NCBI GenBank assembly: GCA_002633005.1
Contig: NMRA01000323.1
Span: 62,001-126,000, forward strand
Origin: Phoronis australis
Lineage: Eukaryota; Animalia; Phoronida
Reading direction: 5' to 3'
DNA: 64,000 nt
A model generated the notes under the pieces. That model searched no databases and had not been told where the DNA came from. It was given only the letters and a program-made list of their open reading frames with translations. Of the stretch, positions 46,801-59,825 are shown one piece after another. The translations under genes and the position numbers were made by a program. Every line of letters begins with the position of its first letter. Within the stretch, counting starts at the first letter, position 1.

Positions 46801-49800
46801 TCTCTGTCTTTATGTTCTGATTTCGTCTCGATAGCCCTTTGAATTTTCTGGTGACTCCTCTTTCATATCACTGCATAGTGTTAATAGTTTTAATTTTGAA
46901 CTCTACCAGTTTGTAGGAATTCACTATGATAATCATTCCACGTCACAGCATGCCTGGTGTACAACTTTTACGCCCCTAATTTTCACGCTCGATTTCACAA
47001 GCTCCATGCCAACTGGACTGTGTACCAACTTTTTTGATTTTAGCAAACTTACATTACAAGGAGCGCTTTAATTGGAAAAAGTCTGGGTTGTTTTGTTTAT
47101 GCAATTTGACTGTACAACCACGTTGTAGATTATGCCATGACCAATGATCTTGAGTCTTACTAAAGCAGTTAATACTATTCTATCCCTCGTTAATACCTGT
47201 GTAAAGTTTTATGTCGATTCTAGTCTGGGGTCATTTCCCTGTTTTGTATTCCATTCAGAAACCTTCATTTGTTGTTTCTATTTTGCAGGAAAAAAAATTG
47301 ACAGTGAACAGACTGCGGAGTCAATTTGAAGAAACTTTACAGAGATACAATACACTGCAAAAGGTATTGATTTCTCATCTCTTGAGCATTCCCTATCAAC
47401 AGAATATTAGAGCTGAAGCAGGTTTTGCACGCATTCTTTCAAGCCCAGCTTCTATTGTGAGTTAGAGATGCAGATATAAGTTTATACGCCGTGCTGGACA
47501 CTGCTTTCCAATGAATAGCTCAAGGCCAGGGTTTTTGTTGATAAAGTCGCTATTACTTGACCAATTCTGAAAATTTAAGAACCCACAGAATCTGATTTTT
47601 ACTTCTCCATTCAGATTTTGTAGTTTCCATCGGTTTTCATGTTCCAAAAAGAAAATGGAAAATAAAGCCTGGACGCTTTCTAGCCTTCCATTTGAATATA
47701 ATTTGATTAAAAACTATACTCTCACTAATGTGACCTTGTGAATAGAGTCACTCTATTGATAACTATCTCAGTCCCTATTGTAACAGAGCATGTCTCCACT
47801 GAACATCAAAAATGTGTATTTCCTCTCATCAGGCATACGTTTCAGTTCAATTGCACATGATAACGATCAATTTTCATGAAGGCAAAGGAAGGAAACACCC
47901 TTCTCCTAAGCCTGTCGCTAGCGAAGTGCCCGACACATACAGTCGCGCCCACATGCCCACGTAACAAAGGCGCACTGAGACGCAACAAAGACATTAGCAT
48001 AAGAATAACTGAACATTTGCAACTAAATAAGAATAACAATAAGCGTACAGTTACGAAGGTCCCTTCACACTATTTTGAATGGAATGTGGATAGAACCGAT
48101 CCAGCTGACCACATGACATTGGAGAAATTCAAAAGATTTCTCCAAGTCAATCCTTATTTTGTTTAAAGGAGACGTTTGCAGCATGTTGTGTTATAAGGAT
48201 GCCCAATGTAAAGGAAGATGAGCAAATAGTATTCCTTCAATATGGGATAGTGGCCAGTGAGGTGCTGCAGCTCATTTCCCACAGTCAACATTGAACACTT
48301 CTTATTGGTCGGGATGTGAATAGCCAGTAACCAATGACAGCTCCTGGATATCCAGTACTGGCTTCTTTTGCTTGGTGATTAGTTTACAGATATGGATGCC
48401 AGTGAAAATGCTCCTTGTAGTTGAACAAAAGCATTTCACACTGCGCAGCCTATTTTTGCCTCTGCAGTTTATTAATGAGTAGGTCCGTCATCAAAACTTG
48501 AACCTTTTCAGTTTTCGAATGACGAACACGGATTAATTACTATGGAATGATGGAGAAATTCACGCATTGTTAGTGCTGCTCCTTTGTTGAAGAATCCCAG
48601 TCTTCCCTCTTTAGGATTGATGAGCCATAATAATAGACTGACTAAGCTTGTGTACCTATTTTAAGGAAAGAACAATTGTCTGACTGTCCTTAATCCCCTC
48701 AAAAATTTTTTGAATAGGGGAGCACCTTAATGTGTCACTTTACAAATGACTCAGAGTGTCTGTCTTATCATAGCAGTTAAAGCTGAATACATTTTCTGAA
48801 TGGTTGTTTAGGAGACCAATTGTTTGTTCAGTAATGAAGTCTGAGACTGGAAAACTAATCAATGCAAATAGTTTGTTTGACTGTTTCTTTACTTTTATCA
48901 ATTTCGCATACAGTATTTTTTATTTACATGCATTGTTTATTTGCAAAATTTGATTCGTTTTCCTGTGGAACTTGGGTGTTATTATTTCAGCAGCTTAAAT
49001 AACGTGATTCAGTGACAAAGTGGGGTTTGTGTCCATATTCTTCTTTGTGTGTTGAAACTGATAATTCCATCCTCAATTCTAACCAGTTGCAATTTGCCTT
49101 TGCATAGCAAGCAGCAGAAAAGGCCAAAAGTGCAACACTTATGCCAAAAGCACCAACGAGGCAACTTGACACAGCGTGGCAGGTTAGTAAAACTTTTGAC
49201 ATGACTTAATTTATGCGTGGCCATGCCTGCACAGCATGATTTGCCCATATATGGTCCTGCTCTGAATGCAGCTCTCACGCCAAAGCCAGCTTCATGTGGT
49301 AGGCTGACACGTCACACGGCTAAATATATTCCAAAAATGGTCATGTTTAGTGTATGCGCAAGCTCATATCCTGTGAGACATCTTAATCAAATGCTCACTC
49401 TCCACACACAATATAGCTTTGCGCATGCTGAGTAAAAATTTTTCATCGTGATGGACATCATTCTCAGCAGAGTCTCCTTTCCACATCCTTCGCTTTCTCA
49501 TGTAGTGCAAGTAATTGTATGCAAATTATGCAAATTAATCAGTTTAAGCACCGAAAATGCCATTTCCAACCTAATTTGTGACATAGAGTTAACTCGGTGT
49601 GTGCCTTCGAACATCTGGGTTTAAGCTGACAGAGATGAAACTTTTACTTCTGGTCTGGAAGCAATCCGACTGAGACTGTAACATGAATGCAGTCAAAATG
49701 AAATGATCCTTACAATGCCAATTTCTAATCTGTGTTAGGAGGATGAGGCGGAGACAGAATGGGCGAACGCCCAGAACCAACAACATGAAGAGAAGAAACA

Positions 49801-52800
49801 ATTGTTAGAGCAGGAACAAGCAGCCATAGAAGATGAACTGGCAATGTTTGAAGAGAGAGAGGATAGAGTCCGGCAACTGGAGGTACCCATTCTGCTTGGC
49901 CTTTTATGGTTCCTCTTATGCATGTATTGAAATACGCACAGAAATGTATTGCTGGGAGATGTGTCATTTTTCCTGTAATCTGTCATTCTGGGCATATGTA
50001 AATAATGGTTTTGAATTACGCTCAATAACTGATTTTTTATTTTAATGCAATAATTCTTAAAACCGGAGGACATTTTCCGAAATATCTTTTTAATGGCTTT
50101 ATTTTGAAGCCAGCTTTATTTGCAAATTGAGAACAGAATGTTATGATGGCAAGTCTTGCAAAAATCTGTTTTAACACGCAATAGTGTCGTCTGCTGACAG
50201 CTCTAACGCATAGTATTTGTGTCAATACGTTCTGGCTGTTATTTTACTGGGATGTTAATGAGATTTTACTATAGACTTTGAAACTGCTGTTCTTTTGTCT
50301 TATGATATTGCGGTTCACATCTCGAGTTTGTTTCATGAAAAGTGACCTAAAATTTGTATAAAATGTCAAATATTTTGTGTTACACTCCACACAGCAATTT
50401 TCAAAAACAAACATTTTATCTCGCCTAAGCAAGAGGTCTCTGAAAATATGCATAACCATGAAAATATTGAGTAAAGATCACTATGGAACCAAAGAACCCT
50501 ACCTTGATGTGGAAAGTGTGCAGCCGTTTCGTCCATATCTCACGGACTTGATTCATCACTTGTCTCATACGTCACTATAATGGCTAATTGCTCAGATATT
50601 TTGTATAATTATTTCTAAACTGTGGTGTTCTATCGGATTGCAAAATCTTTATTCAGCTATTGTCAAGTGATGGTGTTAGACTAGTCTGACTTAATTTTTA
50701 TTTTAAACTTATAAGTCGCGAGTTGGTTTTCATACTCTGACAAATACATCAAAAATTTCTGTTGTATTTCTACTTCTCACTGGCACCTGAAAGACTGGCT
50801 GTGATTCCTATTTTTACATTTTGCTACTTGGTTCATTGACCGTCTGCTTGATAAATGCAGATTGCGTAAATTTCTTAACAGGATTATTGCAGGAGCTGTA
50901 AGTAATTTTCCAGTCTGATGGGTGTGCCAAGTGAATCACCGTATTGTACTTTGCTTCTTTTGCCATATATCTTTTTATCATTTCACAGGCTGACATTTTA
51001 GACATTAACGAAATATTTAGAGATTTGGGAACGATGGTGTATGAACAACGAGAGATGGTTGGTAAGTGTGTCTTGATAAAATCAACTAATCAACCAAAAT
51101 TTGGTTCTACCGCATTATTACACGTACCCAATTATGTAACTTTCATTGTCACTTGAATTTGCTTGTGGAAGTACATTAAAATTTTGATTTAATAAGTTTG
51201 GAGGGTGGAAGCTTTTAAGTTAGCTAGGGTGGTTGTAACGCAGTTTGACTTTATTGATCATATAGTCAATCAATGCCATCGTTTAGTGTAGGGGACCTTT
51301 TTGTTAGTAGATTTAATCAAGGTTATGGACCATAGGTGGATTTAGAGGATTCAGGATGCCCCACCCCCCCCCCCTCAAGGCAACATCATCCAGTTTTTAA
51401 GGCAGTCACAAACTGGTTAAAGCTTTGAAAGTTGCCGCCCTCCTGTTGTGATATCCTGGATATGTCCATGCTGACACTGTGATGTAGCAGCTTTTGTCAT
51501 TTTTTTCTCAGATAACATAGAGGACAACGTGTACAGGGCAAGTGACCATGTGGAAGGGGGAGTGCAACAGTTGCAGAAAGCGTCGAGCTACCAGGTATTG
51601 TAAATAATTGTATTGTCTTGTACATCAATGAAAGCTGGAGTCATCAGGCCATACTATAAGATGGTCATTGTTAGATCTCACTAGGCTGTCGTGAGATTGA
51701 AACCTGAATATTACTTATAAATAAATATTTTTAATTCTTTAGTTTCTGTAGCATGCGCTTTCATAGGCAATTTGAAGTAAACATTTATTAAATTGTGTAT
51801 AAATTGAAAACTATCTTAAGGCTGTTCCAGTAAAGTCTGTATAAGAGGTGGGGAAAGGCACTTGAAATACAACTTTAAACTTTAAGGGCTGTTGTATTCT
51901 GAACAAATACAGTTTCCTGGACCAAACATTCAATGTAAAAAATAAGCATAATCAGCTGTTGATGTTGTTCATCAATGAAATTGTCGTGGTGGGCATTATG
52001 CCCTGTCTTCTGTTACAGTAATAAAGTATGTACACCACTAATAATAATTATAATCATGATAATTATAACGATAATGATATTGATGGTAATAATAGTAATA
52101 GTAGTAATAGTAGTGATAGTAATAATAATAGTAGTAGTAATAGTGGCGGTGATAGTAGTAATAATAAAATTGCAACAGTGGTGTCGGAATTTTGTGAAAT
52201 AAAGTCCGCAAAACAGAATAGCCAAGACATTACTTAGGCCTTCTACAGGCCCATCGCAACAGACCCTGCAATTTGATTTCATTGTTCATGTTCAGCAAGT
52301 CTGCCAGCCTGCTTGAGGAATTTTGCAAGACAGTGTTATAATGTTTTTATTAACTATGACAGTTTTCACTGATACTGCTTTACTCCCAAAGCATTCTTTT
52401 CTAATGCTTTGGCAAGTGAAACACTGACCGACAGGGTGTTCTGTTGTGTTACATTTTCCATTCAGCATTTCAGGCAGCTGGAATCTGTTGCTCGACCTGT
52501 TATCACCTGCATTATCAACTGCAGTTGAGACCTGGTCAGACTCAAAAGCCTGGTAGTAAGACTGAGTTATCCAGCTCATCACCTCTTTTGTTCTTTTACA
52601 GTCACTTCTGCTAGTTCAATAAGTTTTCCATTGTTCTAATGACCAGTCCCTTATTCCTAAAACGCCGGGTTGGTCCAGGTCCTTGAAGTTCCCGCTCACG
52701 GACTCCTAACCAAATCGTCAACTTACCTACAATCGTGGTATTATGCAGCAGCTGTGCTGAGATCCATTTTGCATACTGCTGTTAATTCCTTGCGATCTAT

Positions 52801-53093
52801 ACTTATTGGGGTCTGAATAACACACAAACCGAGAACGCGTTGACTTTTTTGTCTAGCATTTTTCATTTGAGGACTGGCAAAAAAGCAATGTCGGATCAGA
52901 CTGTGCTGTCGCACAATAGGTTGACTGGGCTTGTACTTCATGTAGTTCAACTACAGTTCTTGTCTTAATGATCTAAACACCTCTGAAGTATGCTACAGCA
53001 TTAAGACTAGGGTAGTGCAAATTTTTCGAAGATTATTATTTCTATAGCAGAATTCCAAACACCATGTCCCTGAACATATTCATACTATCACTA

Positions 53094-53151
<58 letters not shown>

Positions 53152-53893
53152 CTGATTTAGAAATACATTATTAATAAATATATTTGCGTGCTCCTGACTA
53201 TGCTTGAGTGTAACAGGAACGACCTTTGCACTGATGACGTGACTTGGGGGCTCACGTAGCCTGCATCATGCAGTGTTATTCCTCAACACCATGTCACGAT
53301 ACCTACTCGACATGGTTCAGTGATTTAGGGCGGATCATTTTCGACACAAAATTCATTCTTATAAGCTTTTGGCAATTTTCAACCTACTTCATATTCACAT
53401 CGGTGCTATATGTTATGTTTCTAACTAATTTGACCAAGCATTGAGTCGACAAAGATAAGGAATTACCGTGCAAGTTCCACTTTAAAATAAATAATTAAAC
53501 CGATCAGTGTTTGACTGTTTTGGTGCATCTCAAAGCCCCCAGGTTTTGGTTGGAAAGACCAGTAGAACTTAATTATTAGGTGACCAAAAAAAGAAAAGAA
53601 AGTGGCTGCATGTAATTGAGCATTATGGTTGATGGCTTAGGAATTAATCCATTGCTGGTGGGTGAAAAATATTATGGATTTTACTGGAACAGCACCAATT
53701 GGTTAAAAATGAAACAATACAAAGTAGTAAATCAACCGTTTTTCTCTCGCGGAAATAATTCTATATTGTATGTGATTTGTTGAACTCCCTTTTTCAGAAA
53801 TCGGCTCGCAAGAAGATGTGTATACTGTTAATAATCATACTTGTGGTTGGTGGCGTGTTAGCGCTGATCCTCTACTTCAGTCTCAAGAAATAG
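43684..53893 (+). CDS. Endosomal Qa-SNARE of the syntaxin-7/12/TSNARE1 (Syx20) family, 9 coding exons, 297 aa
   Basis: Exons 43684-43873, 44688-44757, 45664-45751, 47289-47363, 49108-49182, 49739-49882, 50989-51061, 51512-51594, 53798-53893; GT-AG, phases compatible, 894 nt. Habc helices (QIGTSRDSHSLRDKI; RLRSQFEETLQRYNTLQK), SNARE motif ([41 protein letters not shown]...QLQKASSYQKSARKK), C-terminal TM helix. The paralog cannot be fixed by eye. Confidence 0.93.
44688..44757 (+). CDS. Syntaxin coding exon 2
   Basis: ASALERASKQIGTSRDSHSLRDK; TTGCAG / GTAAGT. Confidence 0.93.
45664..45751 (+). CDS. Syntaxin coding exon 3
   Basis: HTIQQKTNSIIAETANNFHRLTQLAASEK; TTGCAG / GTTAGG. Confidence 0.9.
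47289..47363 (+). CDS. Syntaxin coding exon 4
   Basis: EKKLTVNRLRSQFEETLQRYNTLQK; TTGCAG / GTATTG. Confidence 0.92.
49108..49182 (+). CDS. Syntaxin coding exon 5
   Basis: QAAEKAKSATLMPKAPTRQLDTAWQ; GCATAG / GTTAGT; the AAEK motif continues helix Hc. Confidence 0.85.
49739..49882 (+). CDS. Syntaxin coding exon 6
   Basis: EDEAETEW...[18 protein letters not shown] / GTACCC. Confidence 0.9.
50989..51061 (+). CDS. Syntaxin coding exon 7 (SNARE motif with zero-layer Gln)
   Basis: [30 protein letters not shown] / GTAAGT. Confidence 0.95.
51512..51594 (+). CDS. Syntaxin coding exon 8
   Basis: DNIEDNVYRASDHVEGGVQQLQKASSYQ; TCTCAG / GTATTG. Confidence 0.95.
52038..52168. repeat. Imperfect (AAT/AGT/GAT)n microsatellite
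   Basis: Visible; explains the three overlapping low-complexity ORFs here. Confidence 0.9.
53094..53150. repeat. (AAT)n microsatellite
   Basis: About 17 near-perfect units. Confidence 0.95.
53798..53893 (+). CDS. Syntaxin terminal exon (TM anchor)
   Basis: KSARKKMCILLIIILVVGGVLALILYFSLKK*; acceptor TTTCAG. Confidence 0.95.
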   Translation, partial: KSARKKMCILLIIILVVGGVLALILYFSLKK

Positions 53894-55068
53894 CGAGACT
53901 CGTCTAAAAGCAGAGTCGGTGTTCTGGGATGTATGATGGCAAGAAAACTACTTCGGTAACGATAAGTTATCTCTGAGAGAAGTTGTGTATGAAAATTGTT
54001 GAATTTTTGAACTGGTGCTTTTGCCTACATTGTGCAAAGCACAAGCATTCCAATGCAAAGTTAGTACTTAAATTATGACTGACTAAAGAATTTTTACCTT
54101 AACCTTGACACATTGACTTCTTAATTGACATATGGTCACTTTGTTTGCAGCTTATGTCAGAGGTAGTTTGTACTAGACAGTGTCTGGGTTCAGAATGATG
54201 TCTAAGGGTCTCCAATCATTGTCAGCATTGAGAGGGAAATAAAAATTTAAGGAAAGAAAATAAATAGAAGATTCAACTTTAGAGACAAGTAGAAAAATAA
54301 CAACCTCTACAAAATTGTCTTCATTTCATTGTGGGAGAAATTATGCTTGAAATGGAATGTAATAATGGTGAATCAATATTGAATTGATGAAAAAAAGTTT
54401 CTCTAAAATGTTTGCTATGTTTTATATCAGAGAAGACATTTCAACATTTTTTTAAAAACTTCTAAGTAACTACAACAGAATGTGTTTTCCATGATGATTT
54501 TGCTGTGAACTGCAGTGCTTTACATTTTATACAGCAATACAGACTAAGTGTTGTGTGTCTGGAAGCCGTTAGTATGAGAGCACACTTGAATAGTGAAAGT
54601 AGGCGCATGGAATAAAATGTAATGTCAATAAATGGTTAAGTGAGATTTCACTGTGATGAATGTGTCAAACTTTGGCTCGTCATACACTCAATGACACTTT
54701 GTTCCTCTCTTAACTGAGGTGTTGGGGTAAGCCTCTAGTTTTTCACTTCTAATTTTACTGCTAACTTTGTATTCCCACATAATAAACGGATTATTTCTTG
54801 AACCTCTTAAAATGTATGATTGTACATAGCTAAAGATTACTATAATTTTATGTTGTTGATAAAACGGGTTCGTGGTGTATAAAGTCTTTGTTCAATGTTT
54901 GGTGGAGTCATGTGACCCCCTTTTTCAACTAAATGCTGTAATATTGAGCTCGTGGACTTTCCCTCCGTGCTTCTGTAGTTATATTTTTAACTACTGAGTA
55001 TAGATTTGAATATCCTTTTGCCTGGCTGCTTGATATGCAAATCATCATGCACGCTAACATGTTGTTTT

Positions 55069-55094
55069 TTATTATTATTATTATTATTATTATT
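55069..55094. repeat. (TTA)n microsatellite
   Basis: About 8 units. Confidence 0.9.
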
Positions 55095-55397
55095 GTAAAT
55101 AATAAATGTAGAATTACTCACTCCAACCAATTCTTGTAACTGTTGTTGATTGCTCGATTCTATTTTTTTGTATATTGCTTAGTTTTGTGTCGAAATGGTG
55201 CTTTGCATTCACATTAGGATAATTGTGTCAATTGTTTTCATGTTCTAGTCGGCCCAGTGGTGGTGACTGGAAAGCCAACATGAACACTATTCAGATGTTT
55301 TAAAGTAATGGTAAAAAATCTGCAGTTTAGGTCGCAATATGGCCGACATTTTGTCAAATTTTCAACAAAAATTACTTGTCATGACAATTTGCTTATA

Positions 55398-55958
55398 GGG
55401 CTGTTCCAGCAAAATCTGTGTGGGGGGGGACTGAAATAAAAATTTATGGGTGGTTGCGTTTGATTTAAATTCAAAATGACTGGTGGTCGTACTTCAAAAA
55501 AATAAAAATTTACAGGCCGTTGTTGTTTCATTGGGCCATAAATGTTTGATGGTGGGTAATTTTAGTAAATTTTTTAAACAATCCGCACAGAATCAAAAAC
55601 TGAAACAAAAGTGCAACTTGCAAAAAGCTCCGACTTTTTCACTCCTTCCGATCTCCTCATTGGCATGCCCATAACACCATTTAACCACAGGTGCTCGAAT
55701 TTCTCGATGGCTAATCACCATGTATAAGAACCATATGTTTTCTTAGTAATGAATGACGTTAGTGGTGATGGAGGAACAGATAAACTCAAGTGCCTGTGCA
55801 GTCAACCACAAGAACAAAAAAAAATTATGGGTGGTTGCATTTCAAACTTATGAAAAATTACGGGTGGTAGGCCGAAGAAATAAATGAAAAATATGGGTGG
55901 TGGGTGCGAAAAAAAGGTGCCTTCCCCCCCTCCCATACATATTTTACTGGAACAGCCC
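55398..55958. mobile_element. GGGCTGTTCCAG-family MITE, 561 bp, downstream of the syntaxin stop
   Basis: Both TIRs intact; flanks ATA / TTA; interior differs from the 28783 copy. Confidence 0.85.
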
Positions 55959-58650
55959 TTAGCAGGGTTTGTCTGGCTTAGCTACTAACAAACAACAATT
56001 GGTGAGGTTTTGAGCATTTGAAACGATGCGGTAAGCCTCTGTAAAATAGAAATATGACAATTTTTGTGATTTGTCCCATACTGAAAAATTTTGCTGGACT
56101 GCAATGTGTTTAACCTGACTTACCATAAATGGGAATGTTGCCATTTGAAGGTGTTTTTTTTAATTTGGCATACGTTATACATGTACTAAGTTTTTTGAAA
56201 AGTAGTTTGAAGCGATTTTTATGTTAATGTCAAAACTATTAAACTGGCAATTCTTCTAAATGAAAATGTGGTGATGTAAACTTTGCAAGTCCTACATCAA
56301 ATGAATGCAAAGTTAACACTCAGTGGTTAATCAGTTTAATTGATGCCGTGTTTGTTTTATTACGGTAAAAATTCTCTAATTTGGGACTGTTTCTAAAAAT
56401 TGGGACATCGATATTCCAGCTGAAATTTCCTTGATTCTGGAGTTGGGACACGGGCTATTTTGACGTTCATTATATTTCTCAAATTTCTCATGTGAATCCA
56501 ATCGTGGTACAATTTAAAGTAATTTGTTAAACTTTTCTGTTCCCGTGACTTTGTAACGCTGCTGCTGGAAATCGTATGAAAGGGTTCAAATTTTAACACA
56601 TCATTTGGGTACAGTCTCAATGTTATTGTGACATATACAAATGCTTGTCCCTTGGAAACACAAAGTTATAGAAACTCCTGCAGATGCCCAACATTTAATA
56701 CCAAAAAATTGTTGGCTTATGTGTTGCTACTGGCTTTGGATAGATGTGCTAAGTTGTTAACGAGCAATTAACTAGCGAAATGGCGGCCACTGAAGTGACT
56801 GGAACATTAGGCATGTTGTGTAATACGAGTGAACGCACGACTTGGGTTCCATTAGCAAAGTTTTGAATTCTCACTCCAAGTGTTTTGCATTCATCTGGAG
56901 TTTGGAATGCAGTCAAGATCCAGTCTGTGTGGTCTTTCTTGTTGTGGAACTCGTAAGTGATTATAGGCAAAGTGTTTGTTTTGAAGCTGCTATGAACCAA
57001 AAGCGGACTTTTGACTGCGACCTCTTGCCACTGTTCGCGTAATTGATCTTGACTTGTTCCTTACTTAGATGGGAAGTGATTTCTGGGTTTGCAATGAATG
57101 AACAGTTCGTTATTTTTTGAGACCATGCTCGGGGCGTGTACGAATGCCGTAAAGAGCCACCTTGTAGAGCTTGGTCTTACGAAGCATCAGTTTGTTTGAC
57201 GCAATGTAGTCATCTTCTGTGTGACTGTCTGGAAAAAATTGAGAATAATTTCATAGCAGTAATAATATAATAATAAGTTGTTTTTATTATGGAAGGTGGG
57301 TTATTTGCTTTAAAAGCTGTCTTCTGTGTTGTCACTCATATGAAGTTGGGAAATTTGTTTTGAACCTATATGTGTATTTTCCATTACTGGAATATATGAT
57401 TATTAAACAGTAAGTCTTAATAATTATGTAGTTTAAATCATAAATCATCACGTTGTATAGGACTTCAATAATTATGTAAATTGAAATTTACTTTTTGCAC
57501 ACCTATGTGTTTTGTCTGAGTTACTGTTTGAAAGTTGTCACTTCAGACTTGATGAATTCTGACACCAGTTTAACAGGAGTTAGAAACAAGTCCATGGCCT
57601 TGCCGCTAAATTTCAGTGCCTCCAAATCCAGCTACGATTTCCCAGTAAGCCCCAAAGCCTTGTTACAGATACCAGACACATGTTCCTGGTGAACTCCACA
57701 TGGTGAAAATATTCCATACCCAGTGACTAAACTCCAGTTCCAATGCCAGATTCCTTAGTTCTGGGTGTCGAGTTTTGTCAGAGCGTATGAAGCGTTGTTG
57801 ATACGCAGGTGCAGACTCTCGGCGTCTGACATGGAATTGTTTCCACACTCTGATTAATCAGGGGTTTGACACAAACAGTTGAAAGCTATTTAATTAAAAA
57901 ATATAATTTATTATAGGCAGCAACTTGTGCATCAATACAAACAGTGTTTGGACAATGAAAATTTTACTCGGAGAAAAATGCATTCCAAGATACAGGCCCA
58001 TAGGGAAGACTATCAAGTACTTCTGAATACACAGAATAGGTATATGTTGGTTGCAGGAAGAAAGGAAGACAGCAAAGTGGAATTTCCAGTGAATCATTGA
58101 AAAAATAATCTCATTAGTATCGTTGTAGTAAATGGAAGTAGAGCTGTCAAGCTTGCAGTACTCTTCCTTTAACACTTGATGGTTATAGTCTATTATAAAG
58201 CATCTGAACAAGCGCACAAGCAACTGCAGTTAGTTTTCAACAATGTTGAAGAAATTTTCATCGCAAATCGGAGAAAATTCAAAGCGAAATTTTTTAGCTA
58301 ATTTTCAAAGGATTTAGTGTTGTTTTTTTCTGGTATGCATCTAGGTTTCTCACAAAAACCAACTGCAGCCTTTGAAATCAGCTAACCACAATATACCACG
58401 TTGCCTGCGGTAAAGACACTTAAGAGCAATTTGCTATAGATTAGGACAATACTGTACTTGAAATCAGTGACAACATTGTTACTAAATTCGTTTAGAAACT
58501 ACAAAGTGCCTGTGAACATGAAATGGAATTTGGTTTTACCAAAAGGCTAGCAGGGGAGTGTCAATGGTATTGGAAGAACAATGATGATAGAAGTTCATGA
58601 AAAATGAAACAGTAAATCTCGAACACCAATTCTAAGTGAAGAAAGGACTT

Positions 58651-59010
58651 AAAAGGATACCAAACCTAGTTTTTGCCTATTAACAGACACTGAAAACAAA
58701 TTTTCCGTTCACTACTCTGAAACAAAACAATGCTTTGTAATTCTCGACAACTCTCAAAAGTTTGGAGGAAAATTTGAAAACTCCTTTCAAAATCTACAGA
58801 ACGGCAAGTGTCATGTGCGCTTTTTAGCGAATCACACGACAACTGTGGGATAAGACCACCTTCCAAGGAACATAATGTCCAATTTGTGAGGCGGAATGTG
58901 AGTTTTAGTAGATTCCTGTTTTAACTTGAAAGGTTGATGACAGTCATGCACGACCAGGGGACCAAACAAGGATTGGTTGAAATAATCAAAACAGGGTTTA
59001 GTATCCTTTT
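58651..59010. mobile_element. Kolobok-like MITE, copy 2
   Basis: TTAA-AAGGATACCAAACC...GGTTTAGTATCCTT-TTAC. An inverted terminal fragment of the same family lies at ~14166-14200. Confidence 0.7.
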
Positions 59011-59460
59011 ACGAAAATAAAAAGATGCCTTACAATGTTTCAGCAGAGCACAAGCAAACTTCACTATACTTATAATATGTAAAATTCTCTAGAAAGGTTC
59101 TAAGCTGCCACATAATTATACCCTGTGAGTAAACGAAATATAAACCTTTGAGTTGCCAGGTTTGAGCAAACGTTTCTGGTCAGCAGTTAAATGTAAAACA
59201 ACTTGAACAATTATATTGTTCGCAAGGTCAAAAACTACAGTAACTCTTCTCGTCTGCACTGTTCTTCACCCTGGTTGTTCAATTGCTAAATGCCAAACTT
59301 AGTGCACAGAATTAAAACTTGAGGTAATGTGGTAAAATCACAGTGCCTTGCTCATGAAAACTGAACGACATCAGCTCTAACTAAATTCTACGTGATTCAT
59401 ACACACTTGAGCACATGGATTCCACCTTCACAAAACAGTTGATAACAATTTTACGAAGCT

Positions 59461-59825
59461 TCACAACGGTTCAACAGCATTGTTATTGTGGATATGGTTG
59501 GAACTTTCTAAATACATAGCCTGGGGCACTTTCACATTCACTTCTTCTACATAACTGTAAGGGGTCGTATAGTGAGCTCTAGGCGTGGGTGCCATGGGCC
59601 GCTTGTTACCAAGGATGTTCTGATAATGCGGCGAGTTCTCCTTCATTCTCATTTGGCTGGCTGGTAGTCTGTTGGCTGTGGCCGACCCTGAGTAGGCATC
59701 TTCTTCTAGAACGTTCCTATTTTTCTTCTGTTGAAGAAGATACTCAGTTGTTGGCACTGCGCCAAGGTGTTGTGGAAGGTACCGACTGGCGTACCACTTG
59801 TAATGTTCAGGAGGAATGATATTAC
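59461..59825 (-). CDS. TEX52: TEX52-like coding exon 2 (terminal)
   Basis: Acceptor GGACAG; open to TGA at 59461-59463. Confidence 0.85.

Larger units (their letters stand above)
51819..53695. mobile_element. Possible older ~1.9-kb member of the same family filling the last syntaxin intron
   Basis: GGCTGTTCCAGTAAAGTC at the left and GATTTTACTGGAACAGC at the right; these could be two independent fragments. Confidence 0.45.

Noticed and set aside
51975-52282. Poly-Ile/Val membrane, poly-Asn or poly-Thr ORFs
   Set aside because: Translations of an AAT-type microsatellite inside a syntaxin intron.
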